Assembly (NCBI GenBank): GCA_963749075.1 | Contig: CAVVLJ010000017.1 | Location: 224,001-288,000 of the forward strand | DNA from: an uncultured Pseudomonadota bacterium | Lineage (GTDB): Bacteria; Pseudomonadota; Alphaproteobacteria; JACZXZ01 | Direction: 5' to 3' | Length of the DNA stretch: 64,000 nt | Shown here: positions 21,728 to 29,843 of the stretch, in pieces | Numbering within the stretch: position 1 is the stretch's first letter | Layout: each line of letters opens with the position of its first letter | Made by a program: the position numbers and the translations under genes | Notes under the pieces: generated by a model | What the model was told of the DNA's origin: nothing | What the model saw: the letters and a program-made list of their open reading frames with translations, nothing else | Database searches by the model: none

Positions 21728-22513
21728 TCAATCGCTCGTAGGGGGCGGGGCGGCAGAGCTCTCGGCGGCGCCGTTGCGCCGGAGCGCCCGGCTAAGGCGC
21801 TCCATGAGGTTGAGGCGCGCCTGGGGCAGCTCGCGGTGGAGGGCCGCGAAGACGTGGCGCTCGAGGAAATGGCCGGTCAGCGCCAGGCCGGCGACGATGT
21901 CGCCGTCGGCGGGCGCCTCTCCGGGCCGGCTGAGAAAGCGCGGCAGTGGGAGGAGCCGCTCCTTGTAGGGCGCTGCGGCGGCTTCGGTCACCGCGCGCCC
22001 GGTGCGCGGCGAGACGAAGGCGAGATCGTGGCTGCGCCCGGTCACGGCGCAGTGCGAGAGCTCGAGGCCGAAGCCGAGCTCGCTCAAGAGGCCGAGCTCC
22101 CAGGCGACCTGGGCCCTGCCCCAGCCGGCGATGCGCTCGCTCGCAGCCAAGGCCGCGATGAGCGCGACGAGGCCGTCGAAGATGGCCGGGTGCGGCTCGC
22201 GCTCGGGCAGTGCCGCCTCGGCAAGTGCCGCACTCGCGGCAAGGGCTGCAAGGCGCAGGGGATCGTCGAGCAGCAATGCCGAACCGCTGGCGAGGAGCTC
22301 GCAGGCATAGCTGCCGAGATGCTCGGCGAGCCGCGCGCGCCAAGCCGCATGCACCCGGTTGCCCGGCTGGAGCATGGCGCGCCCCTTGCTGGCGCCGCCG
22401 CCGTGGACGAGCCCGGCATGGCGCCCGTGATCGCGCGTGAGGAGCTGCACGATCGCGGCACTCTCCCCGTGCTTGCGCGCGGAGAGCACGATCCCTTCGT
22501 CGGCCCATTCCAT
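21728..22513 (-). CDS. recO: DNA repair protein RecO
   Basis: MEW.DEGIVLSARKHGE, LQPGN, LPEREPHP, ELGFGL, VSPRTGRAV. Confidence 0.96.
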   Translation of the reverse strand: MEWADEGIVLSARKHGESAAIVQLLTRDHGRHAGLVHGGGASKGRAMLQPGNRVHAAWRARLAEHLGSYACELLASGSALLLDDPLRLAALAASAALAEAALPEREPHPAIFDGLVALIAALAASERIAGWGRAQVAWELGLLSELGFGLELSHCAVTGRSHDLAFVSPRTGRAVTEAAAAPYKERLLPLPRFLSRPGEAPADGDIVAGLALTGHFLERHVFAALHRELPQARLNLMERLSRALRRNGAAESSAAPPPTSD

Positions 22514-22566
22514 GAGAGGGGTTTAGCGCAACCGCGGCAACGTGGCGAGAGGGCGCGGTACCTCTC

Positions 22567-23508
22567 TCATTGCGCGCCGGCGTAGCTCGCCTGAGGGCCG
22601 AGTGCCGCGAAGAAGCCCACGCCGAGCGCCTGGCCGAGCGGCAGCCCGCCCGGCTCCCCCGCCGGAGCCGCGAAGCTGATGCGGAGCGGGCCCTTGGGTG
22701 CGCGGTAATCCTTGAGGAAGGCAAGGAGGGTATTGAGGAGCGGGAGTGCTGGCGTGCCCTCCTTGAGCGCCGCCAGGCCGAGCACGGCGGACCATTCGAC
22801 GATGACGAGGTTCTCGCTCGCGTGCTGGCTGCGCGCCGTGGCGGCCACCAGCCTCTCGAGGAGCGAGCGGTCGTCGTAAACCACGCGGCCGGAGCGCAGC
22901 GTGAGTGCCGCAATGGTGGGGAGGCGGAAGCGTCCGCCGCGCGCGGCGAGGCCGCCGAGGTCGAGCGCGGCCTCGAGGCGGCCGAGGCCGGCTATGTCGA
23001 GCGACAAGCGGGCGAGGTGGAGCTCTTCGCCGCCGCGCACGCGGTAGTCGATCGCGAGATTCGCCCGGAAGGGGCCCGGACCGAGCGCAGCCCCTACCTC
23101 GGGCGGCAGCATCAAGGAGGCCGGCGAGGCGGAGATGCCCTCGAGCCGCGCGCGGAGGAAGGACGGCGCGTCGCCGTGGCGCAAGCTCTCGAAGTCGATG
23201 TCGTCGATCGTCACGCGGGCGACGCGGAGCGGCGGCAGGGGGCCGCGCGCGGCAGCGAACGGCGTCAGCACCACGCCTTCGAGGACGAGGCTCTTGGGGC
23301 CGGTCGCCCGTGCGCTCTGCCAGGCGAGCTCGGCCGGGCGCAGCGCCGGCCTGGCGAGCTCCGCGAAGAGCGTCACCGAATCCGCGGCGCGCGCCGGGCT
23401 CGATCCCGCCGGCAGGAAAAGCGCTGCGGCGAGAAATGCGGCCTCCAGCATGGCGCGCGCCGCGAGCCGGCGGCCGCCGCGGGCCCGATGGGGAAACTCC
23501 GAGGGCAT
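22567..23508 (-). CDS. Exported hypothetical protein, paralog of 28483-29811
   Basis: ATG 23508 with GAGGAGG RBS and a signal-like N-terminus. Shares ADSV.LF, ATGP.SLVL..VV.TP, VTIDDIDF, LGPGP, DYRAPKGPL with the paralog. Confidence 0.75.
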   Translation of the reverse strand: MPSEFPHRARGGRRLAARAMLEAAFLAAALFLPAGSSPARAADSVTLFAELARPALRPAELAWQSARATGPKSLVLEGVVLTPFAAARGPLPPLRVARVTIDDIDFESLRHGDAPSFLRARLEGISASPASLMLPPEVGAALGPGPFRANLAIDYRVRGGEELHLARLSLDIAGLGRLEAALDLGGLAARGGRFRLPTIAALTLRSGRVVYDDRSLLERLVAATARSQHASENLVIVEWSAVLGLAALKEGTPALPLLNTLLAFLKDYRAPKGPLRISFAAPAGEPGGLPLGQALGVGFFAALGPQASYAGAQ

Positions 23509-23746
23509 GGGCACCTCCTCTCCTCCGCTTATCACGTTCGCCCTGCGGGAGCCATCGCGAGCTGCGGACGCCGTCATCCGGAAACCCGCCGGCGGAGCGC
23601 CGCCAGCGGCCGCGCTCATTGCCAGCGTCGCCCTTGACGAGTGGTATTTTTATCTACAAACTGCAATTATAGCGTGCTTTCTATAGGGCGATGCCGGCCA
23701 ATGCGCCGATCGTCGCATCTTTCACCGCAACCGGGAGGACCTCGCC

Positions 23747-23935
23747 ATGGCCGAGACGCATCCCCACACGGAAGAAGGCAAGAAGATCCTTGCGGAATTG
23801 AAGGAGAAGGGCATCGCCGACCTCGACACCCTCGTGCGCAAGATCACCGAGGACAAGACGGCGGCCGCCCGGGCAAGGATGCTGGTCTGCAACAGCCAGC
23901 ACTGGTGCATCATCGTCAAGCCGCTCTCCGCTTGA
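23747..23935 (+). CDS. Putative RiPP precursor peptide 1 (62 aa; core LVCNSQHWCIIV)
   Basis: GGGAGG RBS, GC-biased codon usage, and a near-identical tandem paralog with synonymous and conservative changes. Confidence 0.85.
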   Translation: MAETHPHTEEGKKILAELKEKGIADLDTLVRKITEDKTAAARARMLVCNSQHWCIIVKPLSA

Positions 23936-24048
23936 GGCGGCGGAACGCCTGAGCCGCGCCGGCTGAGTGCCGTAAGGCGCCGCGGCTCCCGGCTGCGGCG
24001 CCCTCGCCGGTGCGGGCCGCCGGCAAGACGCAATGGGAGGACCCCAAG

Positions 24049-24231
24049 ATGGCCGAGACGCATCCTCACAGCGAAGAAGGCAAGAAGATCCTCGCGGAAT
24101 TGAAGGACAAGGGCATCGCCGACCTCGACACCCTCGTGCGCAGGGTCACGGCGGACAAGCCGGCCGCCGTCCCGGATCGCATGCTCATCTGCAACCCAAA
24201 TCACTGGTGCATCATCGTGCCGAGGAAATAG
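24049..24231 (+). CDS. Putative RiPP precursor peptide 2 (60 aa; core LICNPNHWCIIV)
   Basis: ATG 24049 with GGGAGG RBS; 29/31 identical to peptide 1 over the N-terminus. Confidence 0.85.
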   Translation: MAETHPHSEEGKKILAELKDKGIADLDTLVRRVTADKPAAVPDRMLICNPNHWCIIVPRK

Positions 24232-24260
24232 GGCGCCGCAGCGGCGGGCCGGAGCCGCCG

Positions 24261-25169
24261 ATGCCGCGTGCGGGGGCGCTGCCGTCGGCGGTCGCGCGGA
24301 AATCGCTCCGCTGGATCCACGGCAACCTCGGCCGCTTCGATCCCTTCGCCAAGTCGCCGGTCGCCGAGGATACCAGGCACAAGGCGCTGGCCGAGCTGGC
24401 CCTTCTCTGTCTCATCGCGCGGCGTCACGGGGATTTGGCGACACTGCCCGAGCTGGGCCAAGCCATGGCCTTCGTGGCCAGGCTGAGCGGCGACACCTTC
24501 TTCGAGGCGAGCCTCTGCCGGTGGAACGACGGCGTCGTTCCCGTGCTCATCTTCACGGCGGCTCTCGAGGCCTATGGACTTGCCCCGCACCGGAGCGGCC
24601 GGCGTCGGATGATCGAGAAGGTCGTGCGGGAGAGCAATCTCTGCATCATCGAGCGCCTCCCCTATCGGCAGCTCGAGTTGCGGCACATTCTCGATGCGGG
24701 CGGCTTCGCCCACGCGCTGCCGTCGTACCGCGAGCTCTGGCGCCGCACCCTCGTGGCGCAGGGGCCGAACCTGATGCTGCTCTCCGACGATGACGTCTAC
24801 AGCATCACCCATGCGCTCCTCTATGCCAGCGACTTCTCGGCGCGCCCGCTCGACTTCCTCGCGCAAGAGGAGGTCCAGCGCGTGCACGAGGCTGTCGTCC
24901 ACCTCCTCGGCGTCTATCTTCGCCGCAAGAACTGGGACCTGGCGGCCGAGCTCTTGGCCGCCGAGAGATGCCTTGGAAGGGTCTCCCGCCATTCGCTCAT
25001 GGGCTGGCGGCACTTGCTGGCGGCGCAGCAGGCCGACGGCCGCATGGACGGGCCGCAGCTCGAGCGGCTGGCCGACGGCGAGCGCGACGCGGAGCGCCTA
25101 TTCGATGCCTGCTACCATACCACCTTGGTGGCAGCACTCGCGGGTGCCGTGTGGACGAGGCGGCTCTGA
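24261..25169 (+). CDS. DUF6895-like helical protein; putative peptide-modifying enzyme
   Basis: ATG 24261. KALAELALL, PYRQLE, YSITHALLYASDF, NWDLAAELL, QQADG and CYHTTLV motifs, recalled as DUF6895-type; not searched. Confidence 0.75.
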   Translation: MPRAGALPSAVARKSLRWIHGNLGRFDPFAKSPVAEDTRHKALAELALLCLIARRHGDLATLPELGQAMAFVARLSGDTFFEASLCRWNDGVVPVLIFTAALEAYGLAPHRSGRRRMIEKVVRESNLCIIERLPYRQLELRHILDAGGFAHALPSYRELWRRTLVAQGPNLMLLSDDDVYSITHALLYASDFSARPLDFLAQEEVQRVHEAVVHLLGVYLRRKNWDLAAELLAAERCLGRVSRHSLMGWRHLLAAQQADGRMDGPQLERLADGERDAERLFDACYHTTLVAALAGAVWTRRL

Positions 25170-26083
25170 TGCTCGCTGCGGACGCCGCCCGCCCGCTCCT
25201 CGGCAATGCGGCGCCGCATGACGCCGGGATCGGCCAAAGCCTCGGCGCCGCGCAAGCCTGGCTTGGCGGCCTCTCCCTGGCGATGCGCCGGCGCGCTTTC
25301 TCCGAGCGCTCCCTGCAATGCCTCTTGGGATTGTGGATTTGCGCCCGCGCGCTCGAGGCGGAGCCGAGCCGCGGCCTCGCGGCGCTGGCCGGCGTCGTCT
25401 CGCAACAGCTGGCGCCGCTGCAAGAGGCCGCGATCTCCTCCTGCGATGCGAAGCTGCTGCTTCTTGCGCTCCATATCCTGAGGACGCTCGGCCTCGCCGC
25501 CGACGGCCTCGAGCGCTACGCCCGGAAAGTCGCCGATGCGCTTCGCGGCGCCGGCGAAGCGCGCAAGGATCACCTCGGCGAGGTCATTATTCTCTCCCAT
25601 CTCGGATTGGCCGCCTATCCGGGCGGCGACGGCGGCGAGCCTTGGCTCACGCCGCGCGCGGCGCGCGAGCTCCTCGCAGCCGATGCCGAGGCGATCCGCG
25701 GCCTTCATGCGCGCATTTGCGCCGCGACGCACTTCGGCACGCGGACGGGCCGCCGGCTGCCGCAGCACCGGGAGATCGCCTATGCGGTGAGGGTCCTCCT
25801 CATCGATGCATTGAACCGCTACGACATTGCCACGGGCGCCATATTGCTGCGCCTCGCCGCCTATTTGGACCCCGCGAGTGCCGTCATCCGAGACGCGCGG
25901 TCGTTCCTCACGCTTCAGCAGCTGCCGGACGGCCGCTTCGGCCAATACGGCCTCCACGCCGCGGCGCTGCGCGACGCCGGACTGGATGCGAGCTTGGACC
26001 TACACCTCCCGCTCACCGTATCCTGCGTGTGGGCGCTCGCCGAGAGCGCAATCCCGCGCTTCCGGCTCTTGGCACTCGGCTGA
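25169..26083 (+). CDS. Second helical protein, probably a divergent paralog of the upstream DUF6895-like protein
   Basis: TGATG coupling at 25167-25171. ICAATHFG, QQLPDGRFG and the C-terminal helix occupy positions equivalent to motifs of the upstream protein. Confidence 0.75.
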   Translation: MLAADAARPLLGNAAPHDAGIGQSLGAAQAWLGGLSLAMRRRAFSERSLQCLLGLWICARALEAEPSRGLAALAGVVSQQLAPLQEAAISSCDAKLLLLALHILRTLGLAADGLERYARKVADALRGAGEARKDHLGEVIILSHLGLAAYPGGDGGEPWLTPRAARELLAADAEAIRGLHARICAATHFGTRTGRRLPQHREIAYAVRVLLIDALNRYDIATGAILLRLAAYLDPASAVIRDARSFLTLQQLPDGRFGQYGLHAAALRDAGLDASLDLHLPLTVSCVWALAESAIPRFRLLALG

Positions 26084-26179
26084 GAGCGGCTCCGGCAGGC
26101 TGGGATCGCGGTACAGTTTGAATTTCTTGAGCGCTTTTAGCCTCTCCCATCGCGACCGGAGCCGTGCCATACTTAGAGC

Positions 26180-26374
26180 ATGGCCAAAATCGCTTTAACA
26201 CCAGCGGAAGCGGCAGAGTTACGTCAGCTCACCAGTGATCTGGATCAGGCACATCAACAGGCCGTTGCCGCGTTTCGACGCCACCCTGAGGGTGAATCCC
26301 TCGCCGTCTTTTGGGAGTCGGTAGAAAGAGTTGATGCTATCGTCCAACGAATCAAGAAAATACAGGACGCATAA
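26180..26374 (+). CDS. Small hypothetical helical protein
   Basis: 64-aa ORF in a lower-GC patch, coupled (TAATG) to the next ORF. Confidence 0.5.
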   Translation: MAKIALTPAEAAELRQLTSDLDQAHQQAVAAFRRHPEGESLAVFWESVERVDAIVQRIKKIQDA

Positions 26375-26547
26375 TGGCGACCAAACGACTGAAGCACCCG
26401 CGCGACCCGCTCCGGCTCGCCAAGCTCATCGGCGACAAAGCTACTGGGCAGATCGAGGATCGTGTAGAGGATAACCAACCGATCTTTGGCAGGCTTGCCC
26501 AGCAGCGTTTTTCAAACTGTACCACTACCGCAGGCTGCCGCTCGTAG
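26374..26547 (+). pseudogene. Truncated small basic protein of the 'KRPRDPxxLAKLIxDxATG' type seen in alphaproteobacterial mobile regions
   Basis: Manual translation MATKRLKHPRDPLRLAKLIGDKATGQIEDRVED...; the C-terminal half looks unrelated. Confidence 0.45.
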
Positions 26548-26614
26548 CGCGGCGCCCCGCGGCGAGGTACAAATGGGCGCGCCCCAGCTCGCCGCCCCCG
26601 CCCGGTCGGATCCC

Positions 26615-27523
26615 ATGGACAAGCACGACCTCTCGCGCCGCGATGCCATCCTGCTGCTTGCCGCGGTCGTCCTTGCCTGGGGCGGCAATTGGCCGGTCAG
26701 CAAGGTCATCCTCGCGAGCGTGCCGCCGCTCTGGACCACGGCGTTGCGCTCGGCCTTGGGCACGCTCGTGCTGCTCGCCATCGCCGCGGGCCGCGGGCGC
26801 CTCATCCTGCCGCGCCGCGGCGACCTGCCGGTCGTGCTCAGCATCGGTCTCCTCCACATGGTCGGCTTCTCGGCACTGGCGAGCATAGGGCTGCGCTATG
26901 TGCCGGCGGGCCGCTCGATCGTGCTTGCCTACACCACGCCGCTCTGGGTGGCGCCGGCCGCGTGGCTGCTGCTCAAGGAGCCGATCACGCTCAGGCGCGC
27001 GGGCGGCATCGCCCTCGGCCTCGCAGGGCTTGCCCTCATGTTCAATCCCGCCGGTTTCGATTGGAGCGACCGCACGGCGCTCCTCGGCAACGGCCTCGTG
27101 CTGCTCGCCGCACTCTCCTGGGCCGGAAGCATCCTCTACGTGCGCGCCCACAGATGGGTGTCGGCGCCCTTCGAGCTGCTCATCTGGGAGGCGCTCCTCG
27201 CCACCGCCATCCTCGTTCCCTTGGCGCTCCTCTTCGAGGGCCTTCCGCACGTCACGTGGAGCGCCGAGCTCGTCCTCCTGCTGCTCTACGCCGGCGCCTT
27301 CGGGATAGCGCTGCCCTACTGGGCCGTCACCCTCGTCAACCGCAGCCTGCCGGCGGCCACCACGTCCCTCGGGCTCCTCGCCGTGCCGGTGTTCGGCGTC
27401 GCCTGCTCGGCGGTGACGCTCGGCGAGAGAGTGAGCCTCTCCCTCCTCGCCGCCATGGCGCTCATCATCGGCGGCATCGCCGCCGGCAGCGGCCTGGCGG
27501 CGCCCGGGAAACACCTGCGCTAG
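26615..27523 (+). CDS. EamA/DMT family transporter
   Basis: WGGNWP, about 10 TM segments, LLLKEPI, LGE. Start is approximate. Confidence 0.92.
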   Translation: MDKHDLSRRDAILLLAAVVLAWGGNWPVSKVILASVPPLWTTALRSALGTLVLLAIAAGRGRLILPRRGDLPVVLSIGLLHMVGFSALASIGLRYVPAGRSIVLAYTTPLWVAPAAWLLLKEPITLRRAGGIALGLAGLALMFNPAGFDWSDRTALLGNGLVLLAALSWAGSILYVRAHRWVSAPFELLIWEALLATAILVPLALLFEGLPHVTWSAELVLLLLYAGAFGIALPYWAVTLVNRSLPAATTSLGLLAVPVFGVACSAVTLGERVSLSLLAAMALIIGGIAAGSGLAAPGKHLR

Positions 27524-27754
27524 GTGGTGAACGCATAAAACCGGGCTGACAGGAACGGTTGAGCTTTCGCTTCAGGAGCGAAAGCGGCAATCCTTTACCA
27601 ATCGCGACATGTCGCGGAAGTGCCGAGAGCGGCGGTCCGGCCAATAGTGCCGTCGTCACGCTGGCTTATCGCAAGGGAGCAAGGCGATCCCGCCGCTGGC
27701 CACCGGGAATAGGTGGGCGCTCCCGACGATGCGGTTCTCCTCGTGAGCGGTTGC

Positions 27755-28063
27755 TCAGGAGCCGGACGGGGGCTTCGGCCGTGCTGCCTTAGCGGCGGCC
27801 AGAGCCTCCTTGCAGCCCGTCGACAGCTGGCCGGCATGCTGCCGGAAGCAGGCGATGATGCGGCCGCCGCCGGGATGCACGCCCGGACATAGCGCGTGGT
27901 AGTCGGCGGCACAGGCCTGCCGGGCAGTGCGCCCGGCCGGTGCGACCTGCTGCTGGGCGGACGTCGCACCGTCGTAGCCCCAGAGCGCGATGACAGCGGC
28001 AACGGCGACGGCGGCGTATTTCGCCATCGACGGCGTCGCGATGCGTGCGATCCGAAATATCAT
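27755..28063 (-). CDS. Secreted cysteine-rich repeat protein
   Basis: Signal peptide followed by ACAADYHALCPGVHPGGGRIIACFRQH..LSTGC. Confidence 0.8.
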   Translation of the reverse strand: MIFRIARIATPSMAKYAAVAVAAVIALWGYDGATSAQQQVAPAGRTARQACAADYHALCPGVHPGGGRIIACFRQHAGQLSTGCKEALAAAKAARPKPPSGS

Positions 28064-28482
28064 CGTAGCCTCCTTACCGCGCAGGCCCGGCCCCGGTCGA
28101 ACTTCTCGCCATTCCCGCTGCTTTGCAGTCCCTGAGGAGCGCTTGAAGCATCGCTCGCAGCTCGGGCATCGCTAATGAGAGGCCGCGGGCGCCCGCCTTT
28201 CGCTCGCCGGCTTCGGCAAAAGCAGGAAATCGCGCAGGCCGCGGAGACTACACCTGCATCCGTAACGAAATTGTTATGAGTTTTTCCTCGCCCTGGCGCT
28301 CATGGTTGGAGCCCATGCCAGCGGACTCGCGCCAGGACTCATGTAGTTGGAGTGGGTGAGCGTCGGCTCCGGGCCACCGCGAAGGATGGCCGCATGCGCG
28401 CCAGGTCCGCTTTGCTGCTCAATCCGGGATTGCCCATCGGCTCTAGCTGCCGGCGATGGCTGCGGCTCTATGAGTCCGCGCG

Positions 28483-29811
28483 CTACAACTTGCGCATGCG
28501 CGAGAGGGGAACCTCCTCGTTCTCGGTCTCGATCGCGGAGCTCTTGTAATGGATGGCGCAGGGCGCACCAGCAACAGCCGACTCGCGCACCTCGGCCGGG
28601 TACCAGGCGCCGTCGCTTTCGACGACGACCCGCTCGCCCTTCTCGCAACGCCCCGCCGGCTCGCCGGGGCCATCGACGCTCCACGGCCTGAGACGCTCGG
28701 GGCCGAGGGCCTCGTCCTCGTCGGCGCCGTAGCCGTCATAACGCACGAGGCAGAGGCCCTTCTCCTTGGCCTGGTCGAGCGCCGTCGCCGCGTACCACGC
28801 CTCCTTCGAGAGGGCGTAGAAGCGGGTGCCCGGCTTGCACGGCGCCGTGGCGGCACTTGCCTGCTCGACCGCCGCCACCGGTGCGGCCGCGGCGGCGGGT
28901 GCCGGCGCCGCCGCGTAGCTCTTGCCGGCATAGGTCGCGCTGGCGCCCAAGGTCTTGGCGATGCTCGCCGTCATCGCCTCCTTGACGGGGGCGCTGCCGG
29001 CGGCACCTCCCGGCGGGGCGAAGGTGATCTCGAGCGGGCCCTTGGGCGCGCGATAGTCCTGGAGAAGCGCCAGCAGCGCATTGACGAGCGGCGTGCCTTC
29101 GTCGCCCTGCTTGGCCGCCAGCACGCCGAGCACGCCCGCCCATTCGCCCACCACGAAATCCTCGCTCTTGCCCTGCTCCTTGGCGCTCGCCGAGACGACT
29201 TTGCCAAGAAGCGACTGGTCCTCGTAGGCGAGCGAGCCCGAGCGCAGCCCCACATTGTCGAAGGAGGCCTCGGCGAGCTTGGCGCCGCGCATCTCGATGT
29301 TGGCGAGATCGACGGCAAGCCGCAGCTTGGCCAGGCCGGGAAATTCCAGCGAGACCGTGGCGATCTTGAGCTCCTTGCCGCCCTCGGCCACCTGGTAGTC
29401 CACCTCGAGATTGGCCTTGTAGGGGCCGGGCCCGAGCATCTCGGCCACCTCGGGCGGCAGGGCGGAGTTGGCGCCGACCGAGATGCCGGCGAAGCGCGCG
29501 CGCAAGCGCCACGGCGCATCGCCCTTGGCGATGCCGTCGAAGTCGATGTCGTCGATCGTGACGCTGGCGATGCTCACCGGGTCTTCCGGCGGCTTGCCGG
29601 GCTTGGGCAGCGGCGTCACCACAACGTCGCTGAGCACGAGGCTCGCCGGCCCCGTCGCGGTCGCCTTGGCGTAAGTGAGCGTGGCATCCTTGAACGTCGG
29701 CTTGACGATGCGCTCGAAGAGCTCGACCGAATCGGCCGCCGCGGCTCGGCACCCGAGAAGTGCCGCCGCCACCAGTGCTGCGGCCAGAATGCCGCGTCCC
29801 GTCGTCCGCAT
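28483..29811 (-). CDS. Exported hypothetical protein with two C-terminal Tudor/Agenet-like repeats
   Basis: ATG 29811 with GAGGAGG RBS; signal peptide; Ala/Pro linker; WYAAT..CLVRYDGYG..DE and WYPAEV..CAIHY..EEV repeats. Confidence 0.78.
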   Translation of the reverse strand: MRTTGRGILAAALVAAALLGCRAAAADSVELFERIVKPTFKDATLTYAKATATGPASLVLSDVVVTPLPKPGKPPEDPVSIASVTIDDIDFDGIAKGDAPWRLRARFAGISVGANSALPPEVAEMLGPGPYKANLEVDYQVAEGGKELKIATVSLEFPGLAKLRLAVDLANIEMRGAKLAEASFDNVGLRSGSLAYEDQSLLGKVVSASAKEQGKSEDFVVGEWAGVLGVLAAKQGDEGTPLVNALLALLQDYRAPKGPLEITFAPPGGAAGSAPVKEAMTASIAKTLGASATYAGKSYAAAPAPAAAAAPVAAVEQASAATAPCKPGTRFYALSKEAWYAATALDQAKEKGLCLVRYDGYGADEDEALGPERLRPWSVDGPGEPAGRCEKGERVVVESDGAWYPAEVRESAVAGAPCAIHYKSSAIETENEEVPLSRMRKL

Positions 29812-29843
29812 TTCTCCCCTCCTCCGTATGGTGCCGTTCTCGC

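Noticed and set aside
19361-22585. 1074-aa plus-strand ORF
   Set aside because: Antisense shadow of parC/recO; long shadow ORFs are expected at this GC content.
23634-23680. Sigma70 promoter for the peptide cluster (TTGACG plus AT-rich tract)
   Set aside because: The region is plausibly a promoter, but no -10 box at canonical spacing could be assigned with confidence.
23747-24231. Tandem DNA repeat read as a CRISPR array or non-coding repeat
   Set aside because: Only two copies, both open frames with RBS and mainly synonymous or conservative changes; no cas genes in the window.
23747-26083. Classical lanthipeptide, lasso peptide or Nif11-type cluster
   Set aside because: No dehydratase/kinase, asparagine-synthetase-like cyclase, double-Gly motif or peptidase transporter; core 2 has no Ser/Thr near the Cys pair.
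28064-28480. Possible sRNA or small gene in the intergenic gap
   Set aside because: No convincing ORF, terminator or known RNA motif seen.
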